A stretch of DNA of 58,164 nt, from the NCBI GenBank assembly GCA_023150835.1, contig JAKLKB010000028.1, positions 1 through 58,164 on the forward strand, written 5' to 3'. A program made the position numbers and the translations under genes. The DNA comes from Myxococcota bacterium (GTDB lineage: Bacteria; Myxococcota_C; UBA6777). Positions 8,986-18,768 of the stretch are shown here, piece after piece; the stretch's first letter is position 1, and the number at the start of each line of letters is the position of its first letter. The notes under the pieces are model-generated. The model was not told where the DNA came from. It ran no database searches and saw nothing but the letters and a program-made list of their open reading frames with translations.

Positions 8986-11900
8986 ATGAAGAGAAAGTAT
9001 CGATGGGGCCGAGTTGGTTTGGGGCTGTTGGGCGTTTGGGCGTTGGGGCTGTTGTTGACAGCAGCGGATTGGCCAAATGGCCCCGATGAAGATCCGACGT
9101 TGGCGATCCCCAACGATCCCGATTATGCGCGGCGTTGTCGTTGTAAAGCAGGCGCAACCTGCCCAGACGAAGATCCCGACACCAAAGAAAACAAAGACAA
9201 ACCTTGTTTTCATGATCGCCAATGCGGGGGCAAAAGCTTTGTCTGCCAAGGCCGGGGATATTGGAATTATTGGAGCTTTGTTCCTGAGGAGTGGACAAAA
9301 ACCCCGGGGTTTCGAGAAGAAGAAAAACAGCTTGGGACAGGGATACACGCCGATCGCGCATGGCAACTGACCACAGGTGATGCGCGTGTGCTGATCGCCG
9401 TCACCGATTCGGGCGTGTATTGGGACAACAAAGACCTCGTGAACAAATACTACCTCAACACAGGCGAACTGCCCAAACCCCAAGACAAAGACGGAAAAGA
9501 ATATCCCACCCACGACGCCAACGGAGACGGCGTGGTGAATATGTTGGATTACGCCGACGATCCCCGAGTGACCGACAAAAACGGCAACGGGATCAAAGAC
9601 CCGGGCGATCTGATCAAGACCTTCTCGAACGGAAAAGATGACGATAACAACGGATACATCGACGACATCAGCGGTTGGGACTTTATGCAAGACGACAACG
9701 ATCCCAACGACGACACCCGCTTTGGACACGGCAACGGAGAAGCCAGCGACTCCGCAGCCGAAGGGAACAACGGGATCAGTGGCGTGGGAGTCTGCCCAAA
9801 GTGCATGGTGATGATGTTGCGGGTCTCGGACAGCTTTGTGGGTGATACCAACCACTTTGCGGCAGCGTCGATTTATGCGGCAGATATGGGGGCGCAGGTG
9901 ATCCAAGATGCCCTTGGCGTGATGAACAACACGCCTTATTCGCGAGAAGCGGTGGCGTATGCTTGGCGCAAAGGCACGCTGGTGATCGGAAGTTCGGCAG
10001 ATGAGACGAGCTATCACCACAATTATCCCGGGATCTACTTGCATACGTTGTACGTGAGCGCGATCCGCTATGATGCAGAAAAAGTCGAACAATCCAAGAC
10101 CTTTTTGAATTTTACGAACTGCTCGAACTTTGGCGGGAAGTTGGTGATCTCGACCCCGGGAGTAAGCTGTTCCTCCGAAGCGACGGGGATTAGCAGCGGC
10201 CATGCAGGATTGTTGTACGCGGCAGGACTCAAGTTCAAGGTGACACCGCCCTTGAATGCGGCAGAAACCTATCAGCTTTTCATTATGAGCGCGGATGATA
10301 TCAACGTCGCGGAGTCCAAGACAGACAAGACCAAGTATCCATCAGGTCCGGGATGGGATCATTACTTTGGTTATGGTCGCAACAATGCGCGACGCTCGGT
10401 AGAATGGGTGCGCGATGGCGCGATCCCACCAACGGCCCTGATCACAAGCCCACGTTGGTTTCAACCGATCTATCCAGCCAAAACACCCAGTATAGCGATC
10501 GAAGCCGAGATCGAAGCCCGCCGCCACGAGCGATTTGACTACATCTTGGAGGTCGCAAAAGGCGTCCAGCCCGAAGAAGGCGCGTATCGCAAGCTCAAAG
10601 AAGAAAAAAGTGTCACGCAAGCGATCAAAGGCAAAGTCGCAGACTGGTCTGTCAAAGACGAAGACTACGAAAAGACGGGAGCCACCACACGCGACGCCCA
10701 CAAACACAGCTACACGATCCGCATCCGTGTGACGGCATACCGCAAAGACGGAAAGACGGACAAAGGAGAGTTTCGCAAGACCGTTCATCTGCTCGATGAT
10801 CCCGATCTTGTGGCGGCATTTCCGATGTATCTCGACGCTGGAGGCGCCCCCTCGCTCAAGATGGCGGACCTGAACAACGACGGAAAACAAGAACTGATCG
10901 TCGCAAGTGAAAGCGGAACCATCCACGCCTTTGATATCAACGGAAAAGATATCGAAGGCTGGCCCGTCCAAACCAAGCTGTTGGCCTTTTTTGATCCAAA
11001 CAACCCCAACAACCACCTCAAAGCCCCTGCCTACGACAAAGAAGGGTTCCGCAAAGACTACCGCCAATCGATCATCGCCACCCCCGCGATCGGCGATCTC
11101 GATGGCGACGGAAAGCTCGAAGTGGTCGTCGCAAGTTACGACGGCGAAGTCTATGTTTTCGGGCATGACGGAAAGCCCAAAGCAGGGTTTCCCGTCAAAC
11201 TCGATGCTGAAAAGTCGAAGAAGACGGACAAAAACAACCGACTGGAGTACGGGATCTTTGCTTCGCCTGTGTTGTTTGATCTGGATGGAGACGGAAAGCT
11301 GGAGATCATCGTGGGGGCGATGGATGGACATATTTATGTGTGGCGGCACGATGGCTCGATGCAACCGGGCTTTCCAGTCGAGCTAAGCGACAAAAGCGAA
11401 GCGACTCCTCAGCGCGGGCGGATCATGTCGACGCCCGCAGTCGGAGATGTCGATGGGGACGGGAAACCCGAGATATTTGTCGGAACCAACGAGGTCTACA
11501 AAGATGAAAAAGAAGCCCGATTGTACGGCATCCACCATGACGGCAACAACCACGCAGGTGGCCCCTACCTTGCGGGATGGCCTGTCAAGATCTTTACCTT
11601 GGCAGGTGATGTGTTGCCGTATGTGGGGCGTGGAAACCCCAACTCACCGATGCTTGCGGACTTTGATGGAGACGGAAAGCTAGAGATCGTCAACGGCACG
11701 ATGTTCTTTTCTCCAACGATCTACAAGGCGGATGGAACGCAGTTTCGACAGATGCTTCCTGCGCCTTTTGGTGCGGGGACGGATTCAACGGACACACAGA
11801 TGATCTTTGGTCTCAACAACCCATCCCTCGGGGATCTCGACGGCGACGGTATCCCCGATCTGATCGGCGGTGGTGTGGGCGGAAACGCCTTGAAGGCGAT

Positions 11901-12519
11901 CGCAGGGCCGGGAGGAGTGCGCGCAGACGCCGAGCATCTGTTGGGAGCGTGGAGTGGGAAAACAGGTCGGATGTTGGCGGGTTTTCCGCGTGTGGTCGAA
12001 GACTTTCAATTTTTTATGAACCCCGTGGTTGCAGAGATATCAGGGGACGACAAATACGACGTGATCTCGGGGACGGGAGGCTATCTCTTGCACGCGGTGG
12101 GATCGGATGGAAAGCCCGTTGCAGGCTATCCCAAACAAACAGGCGGCTGGCTGGCGGCTTCACCGACAAGCGGCGATATGGACGGAGACGGAAAGCGCGA
12201 GCTTGCGGCGCTCACACGCAACGGCTGGTTGTTTGTGTGGCGCACCAAAGGCGATGCAGGGATCAAAGCGCAATGGGAATCCTTTCACCACGATCTCGCC
12301 AACACAGGCAACTTTAGCGTGCCCTTGCCGGGTCGTCGCATTGGAGATGCCCCCGAAAAAGTAGACGAACCCAACCCTTCAGATGGCGGAAACACCGACA
12401 AGACCGGTCCCGCCACAGGATGCGGATGTCAAAGCAGCGGTGAAAGCGGATTCTCGGTCGGTTTGCTGTTGATCTTGTTGTGCTGGTTGGCACGCCGCCG
12501 AGTTGTGGGGGTTGGATGA
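8986..12519 (+). CDS. S8 family serine peptidase with FG-GAP/VCBS repeats and MYXO-CTERM-like anchor
   Basis: Asp in AVTDSG, His in FGHGN, candidate Ser in SCSSEATG; DDDNNGYIDDISGWDF; many GDLDGDGKLE repeats; C-terminal GCGC + hydrophobic stretch + RRR. Confidence 0.88.
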   Translation: MKRKYRWGRVGLGLLGVWALGLLLTAADWPNGPDEDPTLAIPNDPDYARRCRCKAGATCPDEDPDTKENKDKPCFHDRQCGGKSFVCQGRGYWNYWSFVPEEWTKTPGFREEEKQLGTGIHADRAWQLTTGDARVLIAVTDSGVYWDNKDLVNKYYLNTGELPKPQDKDGKEYPTHDANGDGVVNMLDYADDPRVTDKNGNGIKDPGDLIKTFSNGKDDDNNGYIDDISGWDFMQDDNDPNDDTRFGHGNGEASDSAAEGNNGISGVGVCPKCMVMMLRVSDSFVGDTNHFAAASIYAADMGAQVIQDALGVMNNTPYSREAVAYAWRKGTLVIGSSADETSYHHNYPGIYLHTLYVSAIRYDAEKVEQSKTFLNFTNCSNFGGKLVISTPGVSCSSEATGISSGHAGLLYAAGLKFKVTPPLNAAETYQLFIMSADDINVAESKTDKTKYPSGPGWDHYFGYGRNNARRSVEWVRDGAIPPTALITSPRWFQPIYPAKTPSIAIEAEIEARRHERFDYILEVAKGVQPEEGAYRKLKEEKSVTQAIKGKVADWSVKDEDYEKTGATTRDAHKHSYTIRIRVTAYRKDGKTDKGEFRKTVHLLDDPDLVAAFPMYLDAGGAPSLKMADLNNDGKQELIVASESGTIHAFDINGKDIEGWPVQTKLLAFFDPNNPNNHLKAPAYDKEGFRKDYRQSIIATPAIGDLDGDGKLEVVVASYDGEVYVFGHDGKPKAGFPVKLDAEKSKKTDKNNRLEYGIFASPVLFDLDGDGKLEIIVGAMDGHIYVWRHDGSMQPGFPVELSDKSEATPQRGRIMSTPAVGDVDGDGKPEIFVGTNEVYKDEKEARLYGIHHDGNNHAGGPYLAGWPVKIFTLAGDVLPYVGRGNPNSPMLADFDGDGKLEIVNGTMFFSPTIYKADGTQFRQMLPAPFGAGTDSTDTQMIFGLNNPSLGDLDGDGIPDLIGGGVGGNALKAIAGPGGVRADAEHLLGAWSGKTGRMLAGFPRVVEDFQFFMNPVVAEISGDDKYDVISGTGGYLLHAVGSDGKPVAGYPKQTGGWLAASPTSGDMDGDGKRELAALTRNGWLFVWRTKGDAGIKAQWESFHHDLANTGNFSVPLPGRRIGDAPEKVDEPNPSDGGNTDKTGPATGCGCQSSGESGFSVGLLLILLCWLARRRVVGVG

Positions 12520-15380
12520 TCGAACAACTGTCGGCTCCTTTTGTGGTGTTTGCGCTAGAGGAACGAGCGTTGGTGGCGCATCAGGCGATCCAAACCTTCT
12601 CGGCTTACGGTCGTGCGCGAGCGGTAGGAGAAGCCTTTTCTTTGCGTGCCTACTGGTGCGAACAAAAGCGATGGCTATCGCCTTCGTTGTACGATGCTTT
12701 GTGGGAGCGCTTCTCAACGGAAACCTCGGCAGAACAGCAGGAAGAAGTCTTGGACGCGGAGACCCAACGCAGCCGCGATCTCGACTGCTTGGCGACCGTA
12801 CAGCTTTACATACTCCAACACCCGACAGACTCACAAGAAACACCACAACGCATCCAAATCGAGCGCGGAAAAAAGCAAGAAAAGCAACAGAAAGCGATGC
12901 TTCAGATCGCAAAAGAAGCCGACCACCGCGCAAAGGAGAGCGACAGCAGCGCAAAGGAGGAAGTCCCCAAAACACAGGTGCTTTCGGTGTCCGTCACCGA
13001 AGCAAGCGAGGATATCCCCGCCCAAGCGCATCTTGTCGAAGCGCCGCAAGTGCTTTGGCAACCCGCCCGCGTCTACGCCGAACGCTACAAAGAAGAAGAA
13101 GAGTTGGGACGCGGTGGTCTTGGGCGGGTGGTGGCGCTGTACGACCGCAATGTCGGTCGAAAAGTAGCAAGCAAGATGCTGTTGAAAGGCACAGGCGCAT
13201 CGTTTCGAGAGCATCAGCGCTTTTTTGAAGAGGCCCGACTGACGGGGCAATTAGAACATCCCAACATTATCCCGATCTACGATATCGGCGTGTTGGAAGA
13301 TGGGCAGCCCTATTACACCATGCGCCTGAGTTCATCGCGAAATCTTGCGCAAGTGTTAGAGGAACGCAGCGCCTCGATCTTGCAACTGCTCAAGATCCTT
13401 CAACAGATGTGCATGGGCCTTGAGTACGCGCACAGTCGAAATGTGATCCACCGCGATATCAAGCCCGCCAATATCTTGCTTGGTGAGTTTGGCGAGGTCT
13501 TGATCTTGGATTGGGGGATCGCGGAACGCACAGCCCCCGAAGACCAAGCCGACGGATTCAGCACACAAACCCCCAAAGACAAGATCCCTCGCGGAACTCC
13601 CGCTTACATCGCCCCCGAAGTCCTCACCAAGGGCATCATCTCACCTGCTTTGGACCAATACGCCTTGGGGGTGATCTTGTACGAGATATTGACGGGGAAA
13701 CGGCCTTTTGAAGAAGTCAACCTGTTTACGTTGATCTTCAAAGTCAGCTTTGAAGAACCCTATCCACCGAGCCATTGCGATGTGTCTTGGGAAGTCCCCG
13801 AAGAGCTAGAACAGATCTGCTTGCGGATGTTGGCCAAAGATCCCCAAGCGCGTTTCCCGTCTTGCCGCGCTGTCTATGATCAGTTGGAAGAATATCTGGA
13901 AGGCACAAAAGAAAAACAACGGCGAAAAGAAGCCGCCCTTTCTCGGATCGCAGAAGCCGACGCGATCAAAGTAGAGTTCTACGAAAAACGCGCACAGTTG
14001 GGCGCATTGCGAAAAGAATGGGAAGATGCCCAAAAGACCGTCGAACCGTGGGACAGCCCCGAAGCCAAGCGCGAAGCATGGGCCAAAGAAGACAAGTTCC
14101 TCGAATTCGAGCAAGAAGTGGTGCGGCTTTTTGGGGCAGCGGTCCAAAAGTACATCCGCGCACTAGAACACGAACCCGGGAACGCAGACGCCAAAAACGG
14201 CCTTGTCGAGTTGTATTGGGAGCGCTTCTTGGAGGCCGAACGCGAAGGCGACACCTTGCAACAGATCTATTACCGCGATCTGGTGGAGTTTTATGACGAC
14301 GGAACCTACGCAAGATTGCTGCACGGCCAAGGCATCGTTGAGATCGCCACAGACCCCAAAGACGCCACCCTACAGGTCTTTCGCTTTGTGGAGCAAGAGC
14401 GCAGACTCCGACCGCTTTTAGAGATCGAAGAAAAAAAAACACCCAGCACACTCGAACTTTCGCAAGGCTCGTACCTCTTGCGCTTCCATAAGCAGGGGCG
14501 GCGAGACACGCTTTACCCGCTACAGATCCAACGAACCACCCGCGATGCTGTGCATATCCGCTTGTACCGCGAAGAAGAGATCGGTGGGGCATACATACAC
14601 GTCCCTGCGGGGCCATTTCCGTTTGGTGGCGATCCAGAAGCCTTGATGGGGCTGCCTTTTTCGCACCACACACTCGATGACTTTTTTATCTCGCGCTATC
14701 CTGTCACGTTGGGGGAATACCTGATCTATGTAAACACCATCCATGCCGAAGATCCCGCCCGTGCAGCAGATCTGGTTCCGCGATCTGGACAAGAAAACTA
14801 CGCGATATTGGAGGGGGATCACTACATCCCCCATCGTGCGGCCCTATTAGAAGGTGAGATCGCCCAACGCTATCCCGTAGGCGAAGGGCATGAAGAGCGT
14901 CTACCTGTGTTTGGAGTGAGTTGGTTTGAAGCGGTCTTGTACTGTCGCTGGCGCACCCAACGCGAAGGGCGCTTGGTGTCCTTGCCCTCCGAAGAACAAT
15001 GGGAAAAAGCCGCAGGGTGCTTTGATCAGCGGATCTATCCTTGGGGCAATCGTTTTGATGCAACCTTTTGTAAGATGGGGCGCTCTCGCCCTGCCAACCA
15101 GCTACAGCCCGAGCCGATCGGCGTCTTTACGGCGGATCAGTCCGTGTATGGGATGTGTGATGTGGTGGGATGTGTTAGCGAATGGACGCTCTCGATGACG
15201 CCCGAAGAAGTGGCGTTGTTCACCGAAGATCCAAAGATCACCCCCGTTCAACGAGGCGGTGGATGGGTCGCTTCTAACGAGCGAAGTTTGCGCCTTCGCA
15301 CACGACTGCCCCGCGCCGAAGGCACACGGACGTACAATTGCGGCTTTCGCGTTGTTGCTTATCCCAAACAGCCAAGCTAG
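12516..15380 (+). CDS. Ser/Thr protein kinase with PEGA-like region and C-terminal FGE-sulfatase (SUMF1) domain
   Basis: LGRGGLGRV, VASK, HRDIKPAN, DWG, GTPAYIAPE; C-terminal LPSEEQWEKAA..RIYPWG, QRGGGW, GFR; ATG overlaps the S8 stop (ATGA). Confidence 0.9.
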   Translation: MIEQLSAPFVVFALEERALVAHQAIQTFSAYGRARAVGEAFSLRAYWCEQKRWLSPSLYDALWERFSTETSAEQQEEVLDAETQRSRDLDCLATVQLYILQHPTDSQETPQRIQIERGKKQEKQQKAMLQIAKEADHRAKESDSSAKEEVPKTQVLSVSVTEASEDIPAQAHLVEAPQVLWQPARVYAERYKEEEELGRGGLGRVVALYDRNVGRKVASKMLLKGTGASFREHQRFFEEARLTGQLEHPNIIPIYDIGVLEDGQPYYTMRLSSSRNLAQVLEERSASILQLLKILQQMCMGLEYAHSRNVIHRDIKPANILLGEFGEVLILDWGIAERTAPEDQADGFSTQTPKDKIPRGTPAYIAPEVLTKGIISPALDQYALGVILYEILTGKRPFEEVNLFTLIFKVSFEEPYPPSHCDVSWEVPEELEQICLRMLAKDPQARFPSCRAVYDQLEEYLEGTKEKQRRKEAALSRIAEADAIKVEFYEKRAQLGALRKEWEDAQKTVEPWDSPEAKREAWAKEDKFLEFEQEVVRLFGAAVQKYIRALEHEPGNADAKNGLVELYWERFLEAEREGDTLQQIYYRDLVEFYDDGTYARLLHGQGIVEIATDPKDATLQVFRFVEQERRLRPLLEIEEKKTPSTLELSQGSYLLRFHKQGRRDTLYPLQIQRTTRDAVHIRLYREEEIGGAYIHVPAGPFPFGGDPEALMGLPFSHHTLDDFFISRYPVTLGEYLIYVNTIHAEDPARAADLVPRSGQENYAILEGDHYIPHRAALLEGEIAQRYPVGEGHEERLPVFGVSWFEAVLYCRWRTQREGRLVSLPSEEQWEKAAGCFDQRIYPWGNRFDATFCKMGRSRPANQLQPEPIGVFTADQSVYGMCDVVGCVSEWTLSMTPEEVALFTEDPKITPVQRGGGWVASNERSLRLRTRLPRAEGTRTYNCGFRVVAYPKQPS

Positions 15381-15606
15381 AGTGTATTCTTTACCATACA
15401 CTCAGACGATACCGAAGGAGAGAGCCGTGACACGCTTGGCAGAGTGGCGCGGTACAACAACGCAGCAATGACACATAGAAAAGTCATCGCCGAGGATCGA
15501 GCGTTGCGAGACCGCGAGAAAATAGTCTCGTTTGGCTTTTTGGCATAGATATTGTTTTCGGTCGAGATGAAGCATCATGTCTTTAGCAAAGAAAGCAGGT
15601 GATCAG

Positions 15607-17691
15607 ATGCCAAGGCAAGAACGGAAGATCGGTGTGTTGTTTGTGGGATGGGCGTTGGCTTGGCTCGGGCTGTGGGGCTGTAGTTCATCGCCCGGAAACA
15701 CAAAACCAGTGGGCCAATTGCCTCCTGATACGGTGGTGTTCAAGACCGAAACAGCACTGTGTCCCGATCGGTTGCTGTCGAGTTCGCCCGTCCAATTCGA
15801 CGGAGAGGCATGTGATATCAACAAAAGCGAGCCTTGCAACAGCGGCTGCCGTCCTGCGGTGACCTTGGCCTCAAGCAAGATCGAAGGGGACGTGGATGCG
15901 TTGTGTGGGCAATCGGGTGTGTTGTGCGTTGGAAAAGGCCGAGGTCTCGAAGAGATCAAAGAACTGCCCAAACGTTTGCAAGACGACGCAACGATCGTGC
16001 GGGTGATCTTGATGGGGGAGGTCTGGCAAGGGCCGATCGAGTTGGGCGGATTGACGCGCACGATCACGATCGAAGGAGTCTCGAACGAAGCCAACGCAGG
16101 TGCGCGCATCCAACTGCCCGAACAAGCCGATGCCCCCGAAGATTACGCAGCCCTCCAGATCGAAAGTAACGCAGATATCACCTTGAAGCGCCTGCATATC
16201 AGCGGAGGTGGGCATGGCGTGTTGATCCGCGCCGCCCGCATCGCCACGCTCGAAGAGGTGATCCTTAAGGGAAATCGGCTGTCTGGCTTGCACGTCGAAT
16301 CTGCCGAGGAAGTCAAGATCCTCCAAACACAAGCCACACAAAATGGCAAGCCGTTGTTGCGCGAGGGTTCGACAGAACCCGTCTCACGGCTGCGTTTTGG
16401 CGTGATGTTGGGCAAAGTCAAAGTCGTCTCGGTCGCCAACACGGAGATCGCCCACAACGGAGCAGGGGGACTGGCGCGGGCGTGGGAAACCAAAGCGGTG
16501 GGGATCACGCATGATCACCGTGTGACGGGGCGTTATGAAAAATATGGTGTCGGCATCACCCACGATCACAAGGTCGCCATGCGCTCGACCTACGTCCACC
16601 ACAATGGCCCGATCGCAGCCGATACACGGCGCAGTCAAGAAGATTGCTCCACGCGTTGTCCAAGAGGTACCTTTTGCGAGGCTGGGATCTGCCGTCCTTC
16701 CTTGGTGGAAGATGGGCAAGAACCCACCCAAGGACAGCGTTTGTTGGGGGTCGGCGTCCATATCGCAGGCGCAGGCATCGTGGAGATCGAAGGCAACAGC
16801 TTTTTTGGCAACGATACCGCTGGTGTGATCGTGCATTCAAGCGCAACGGTCAGCTTGTCGCGAAACGCATTCGAGCGAAACGGCGTTCGTTCGGCCCAAA
16901 TCAACGCTGAGATCGCGGAGCGGTTTGCTTATCCAGCCGCGCACCTCTGGCACGTCCAAAAAGATATCCGCGCAGAAAGCAACGTATTTACCGACAACTA
17001 CGGCGACGGCTTGCGTGTCGGCCATGAGCGCGTCGAAGGCCAAAACGTGGGCAACCTCAAGACCAACCTGTTCTCGAACGCCTTTTGGGGCCAAGGCCGC
17101 AGCCGTCCCAAAGGCGAGTTTCCCGCAGGAACAGGACTCCGTATCGCCCATGCAACCGACGGGGTGGACGCCGAAGTTCGCGTAGAAAAGAACTACTTTC
17201 ATGGCAACGGAGCCGCAGGGCTGGGCGTTTCAGGCAAAGGCTCGTTCAACGTCGCAGAAAATAAGTTTGAAAAAGAGCGATTGCGCGCCATTGCTTTCCA
17301 CGATGTCAAGAGCGCCAACACCGCGATCACCCGCAACAACCTCTCGGATATCCGAGGCTTTGGGATCCAGCTCGTCGATATCTCAGGCGAGTTCAGGCTG
17401 TCCGAGCTGTGGATCAACAAGATCACCCGCATCAGCGAAGAAAGCGAAGGCGACGGCATCAACATCAGCCGCCTTTCGGAAGGCCGCGTCTCGATCCAAA
17501 CCACAAGCTTCCAAGAGGCCGGACGGGCAGGCATTTTCTTGGATGCTGCTCGTGCGGAGCTTTCTGGCAACAGCTTCACCGCGATTGAAAAGCCCATCCT
17601 CCTTCAAGGCGACGCTTCTGTCACAGGCGAAGCAACCAAAGGCGATCGAGTTCGTTCCCCCCTTCCCAACCGCAAGATCGCCCTCCCCTAA
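15607..17691 (+). CDS. Right-handed parallel beta-helix repeat lipoprotein
   Basis: Lipobox LWGC; repeated N-x-x-x-G-l-x-v coils (GNRLSGLHV, HNGAGGL, GNDTAGVIV, DNYGDGLRV); start may be 15577. Confidence 0.8.
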   Translation: MPRQERKIGVLFVGWALAWLGLWGCSSSPGNTKPVGQLPPDTVVFKTETALCPDRLLSSSPVQFDGEACDINKSEPCNSGCRPAVTLASSKIEGDVDALCGQSGVLCVGKGRGLEEIKELPKRLQDDATIVRVILMGEVWQGPIELGGLTRTITIEGVSNEANAGARIQLPEQADAPEDYAALQIESNADITLKRLHISGGGHGVLIRAARIATLEEVILKGNRLSGLHVESAEEVKILQTQATQNGKPLLREGSTEPVSRLRFGVMLGKVKVVSVANTEIAHNGAGGLARAWETKAVGITHDHRVTGRYEKYGVGITHDHKVAMRSTYVHHNGPIAADTRRSQEDCSTRCPRGTFCEAGICRPSLVEDGQEPTQGQRLLGVGVHIAGAGIVEIEGNSFFGNDTAGVIVHSSATVSLSRNAFERNGVRSAQINAEIAERFAYPAAHLWHVQKDIRAESNVFTDNYGDGLRVGHERVEGQNVGNLKTNLFSNAFWGQGRSRPKGEFPAGTGLRIAHATDGVDAEVRVEKNYFHGNGAAGLGVSGKGSFNVAENKFEKERLRAIAFHDVKSANTAITRNNLSDIRGFGIQLVDISGEFRLSELWINKITRISEESEGDGINISRLSEGRVSIQTTSFQEAGRAGIFLDAARAELSGNSFTAIEKPILLQGDASVTGEATKGDRVRSPLPNRKIALP

Positions 17692-17741
17692 ACGGCCTTC
17701 CCTACGCTACGCCTTCCCCCAAAGACGCAACTCTCCCAGAA

Positions 17742-17854
17742 TACGAGAGCCGCCCGTTGTATGCTCGTAAAAATGTAGGGGCAGACAGGTGTGGCTGCCC
17801 AAGCACAGGGCGTCTACGCGCTATCCTGCGATCACACATCACTCGGATATTGTA
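17742..17854 (+). mobile_element. MITE-like element family A (113 bp)
   Basis: TACGAGAGCCG...CGGATATTGTA with internal GTAGGGGCAG..GTGGCTGCCC; lies between convergent genes. Confidence 0.65.
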
Positions 17855-17872
17855 TAAGACGCAACACCTCTC

Positions 17873-18739
17873 TCAAAACGAAGAAGCAGAGGCCGCATCC
17901 CCTGCAAGATAAAAGCACGTGATGGTGTAACGTGCGATCCCCTCGGGGATAGCGCGCACAGGCTCCACCCAATGAGGTGCGCCCTGAGGACGAAAGATCA
18001 AAGCGCTGTTGAAGACAGGCGGGATCGCCAAAGCGATCCGTTGCTTGTCAGGATGCAAGAAATACAGGTTCCCCCCCCATTCAGGCGACCAATGCGCCGA
18101 AAGATTGTACACCACAGCGATGCCTTCGCATTCGGTGTCTTCGTGCATCGCGAAAAAATCCCCCTCCCGCAAACGTGATATCTGGACTTGAATGGCCGAG
18201 TGCATTGGACGAGGATGAGGCCATCCCACCAGCCATTGATGCGCTGCTGCCGCCTCTTTGGTGCGCAACCAATTCACCAGCCCCGCCAAGATGCCCGACG
18301 GCGCAAGCGCGTCCATCGGAAGGATATCGATCTGGTAATCCGAAAAATGATGCCGAACAAAAGACGCTGTAGACAGTTCTTTCCAGATCGCCCACGCCTG
18401 TTCGGCAGGGAAAGCCTCTTGCAAAGCAACGTGCGGGATCGGCCCTTCAAAAAGAAAATGTTGGCGGATCGTCGTCACGATCGCGGGATCGAGAATCTGA
18501 GGATGCCACCACTGCGACACATTCGAGGGGTCGGGCGAAGAGTCATGTACGATCGTTCGCCAGTTCGAGCCAAAGCGGTGATCTACAAGATGAGGAATAA
18601 AAAAGGCCCCTCGTTCGGACGCTTTGGGAAGGCTCTCCCACGCAGGCCAAGCGTGCTCCAAAAACAAAGAACGGCTGTGCTGTTGGTATCGCTCGATCGG
18701 GGGTTGGCATCCTTCGTTCGGGGATTCTGGTCGACTCAC
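17873..18739 (-). CDS. 2OG-Fe(II) oxygenase (prolyl-hydroxylase-like), putative RiPP tailoring enzyme
   Basis: HxD (MHED), WxxEWGGxL, distal His (APHWV), 2OG-binding Arg (ARYTI); GGAG before GTG 18739; 29 nt after the ATP-grasp stop. Confidence 0.85.
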   Translation of the reverse strand: MSRPESPNEGCQPPIERYQQHSRSLFLEHAWPAWESLPKASERGAFFIPHLVDHRFGSNWRTIVHDSSPDPSNVSQWWHPQILDPAIVTTIRQHFLFEGPIPHVALQEAFPAEQAWAIWKELSTASFVRHHFSDYQIDILPMDALAPSGILAGLVNWLRTKEAAAAHQWLVGWPHPRPMHSAIQVQISRLREGDFFAMHEDTECEGIAVVYNLSAHWSPEWGGNLYFLHPDKQRIALAIPPVFNSALIFRPQGAPHWVEPVRAIPEGIARYTITCFYLAGDAASASSF

Positions 18740-18768
18740 GCTGGCCCTCCATTCGCTTGTTGATTTGC

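Noticed and set aside
8848-10203. 451-aa minus-strand ORF
   Set aside because: Antisense to the S8 peptidase, which has clear motifs.
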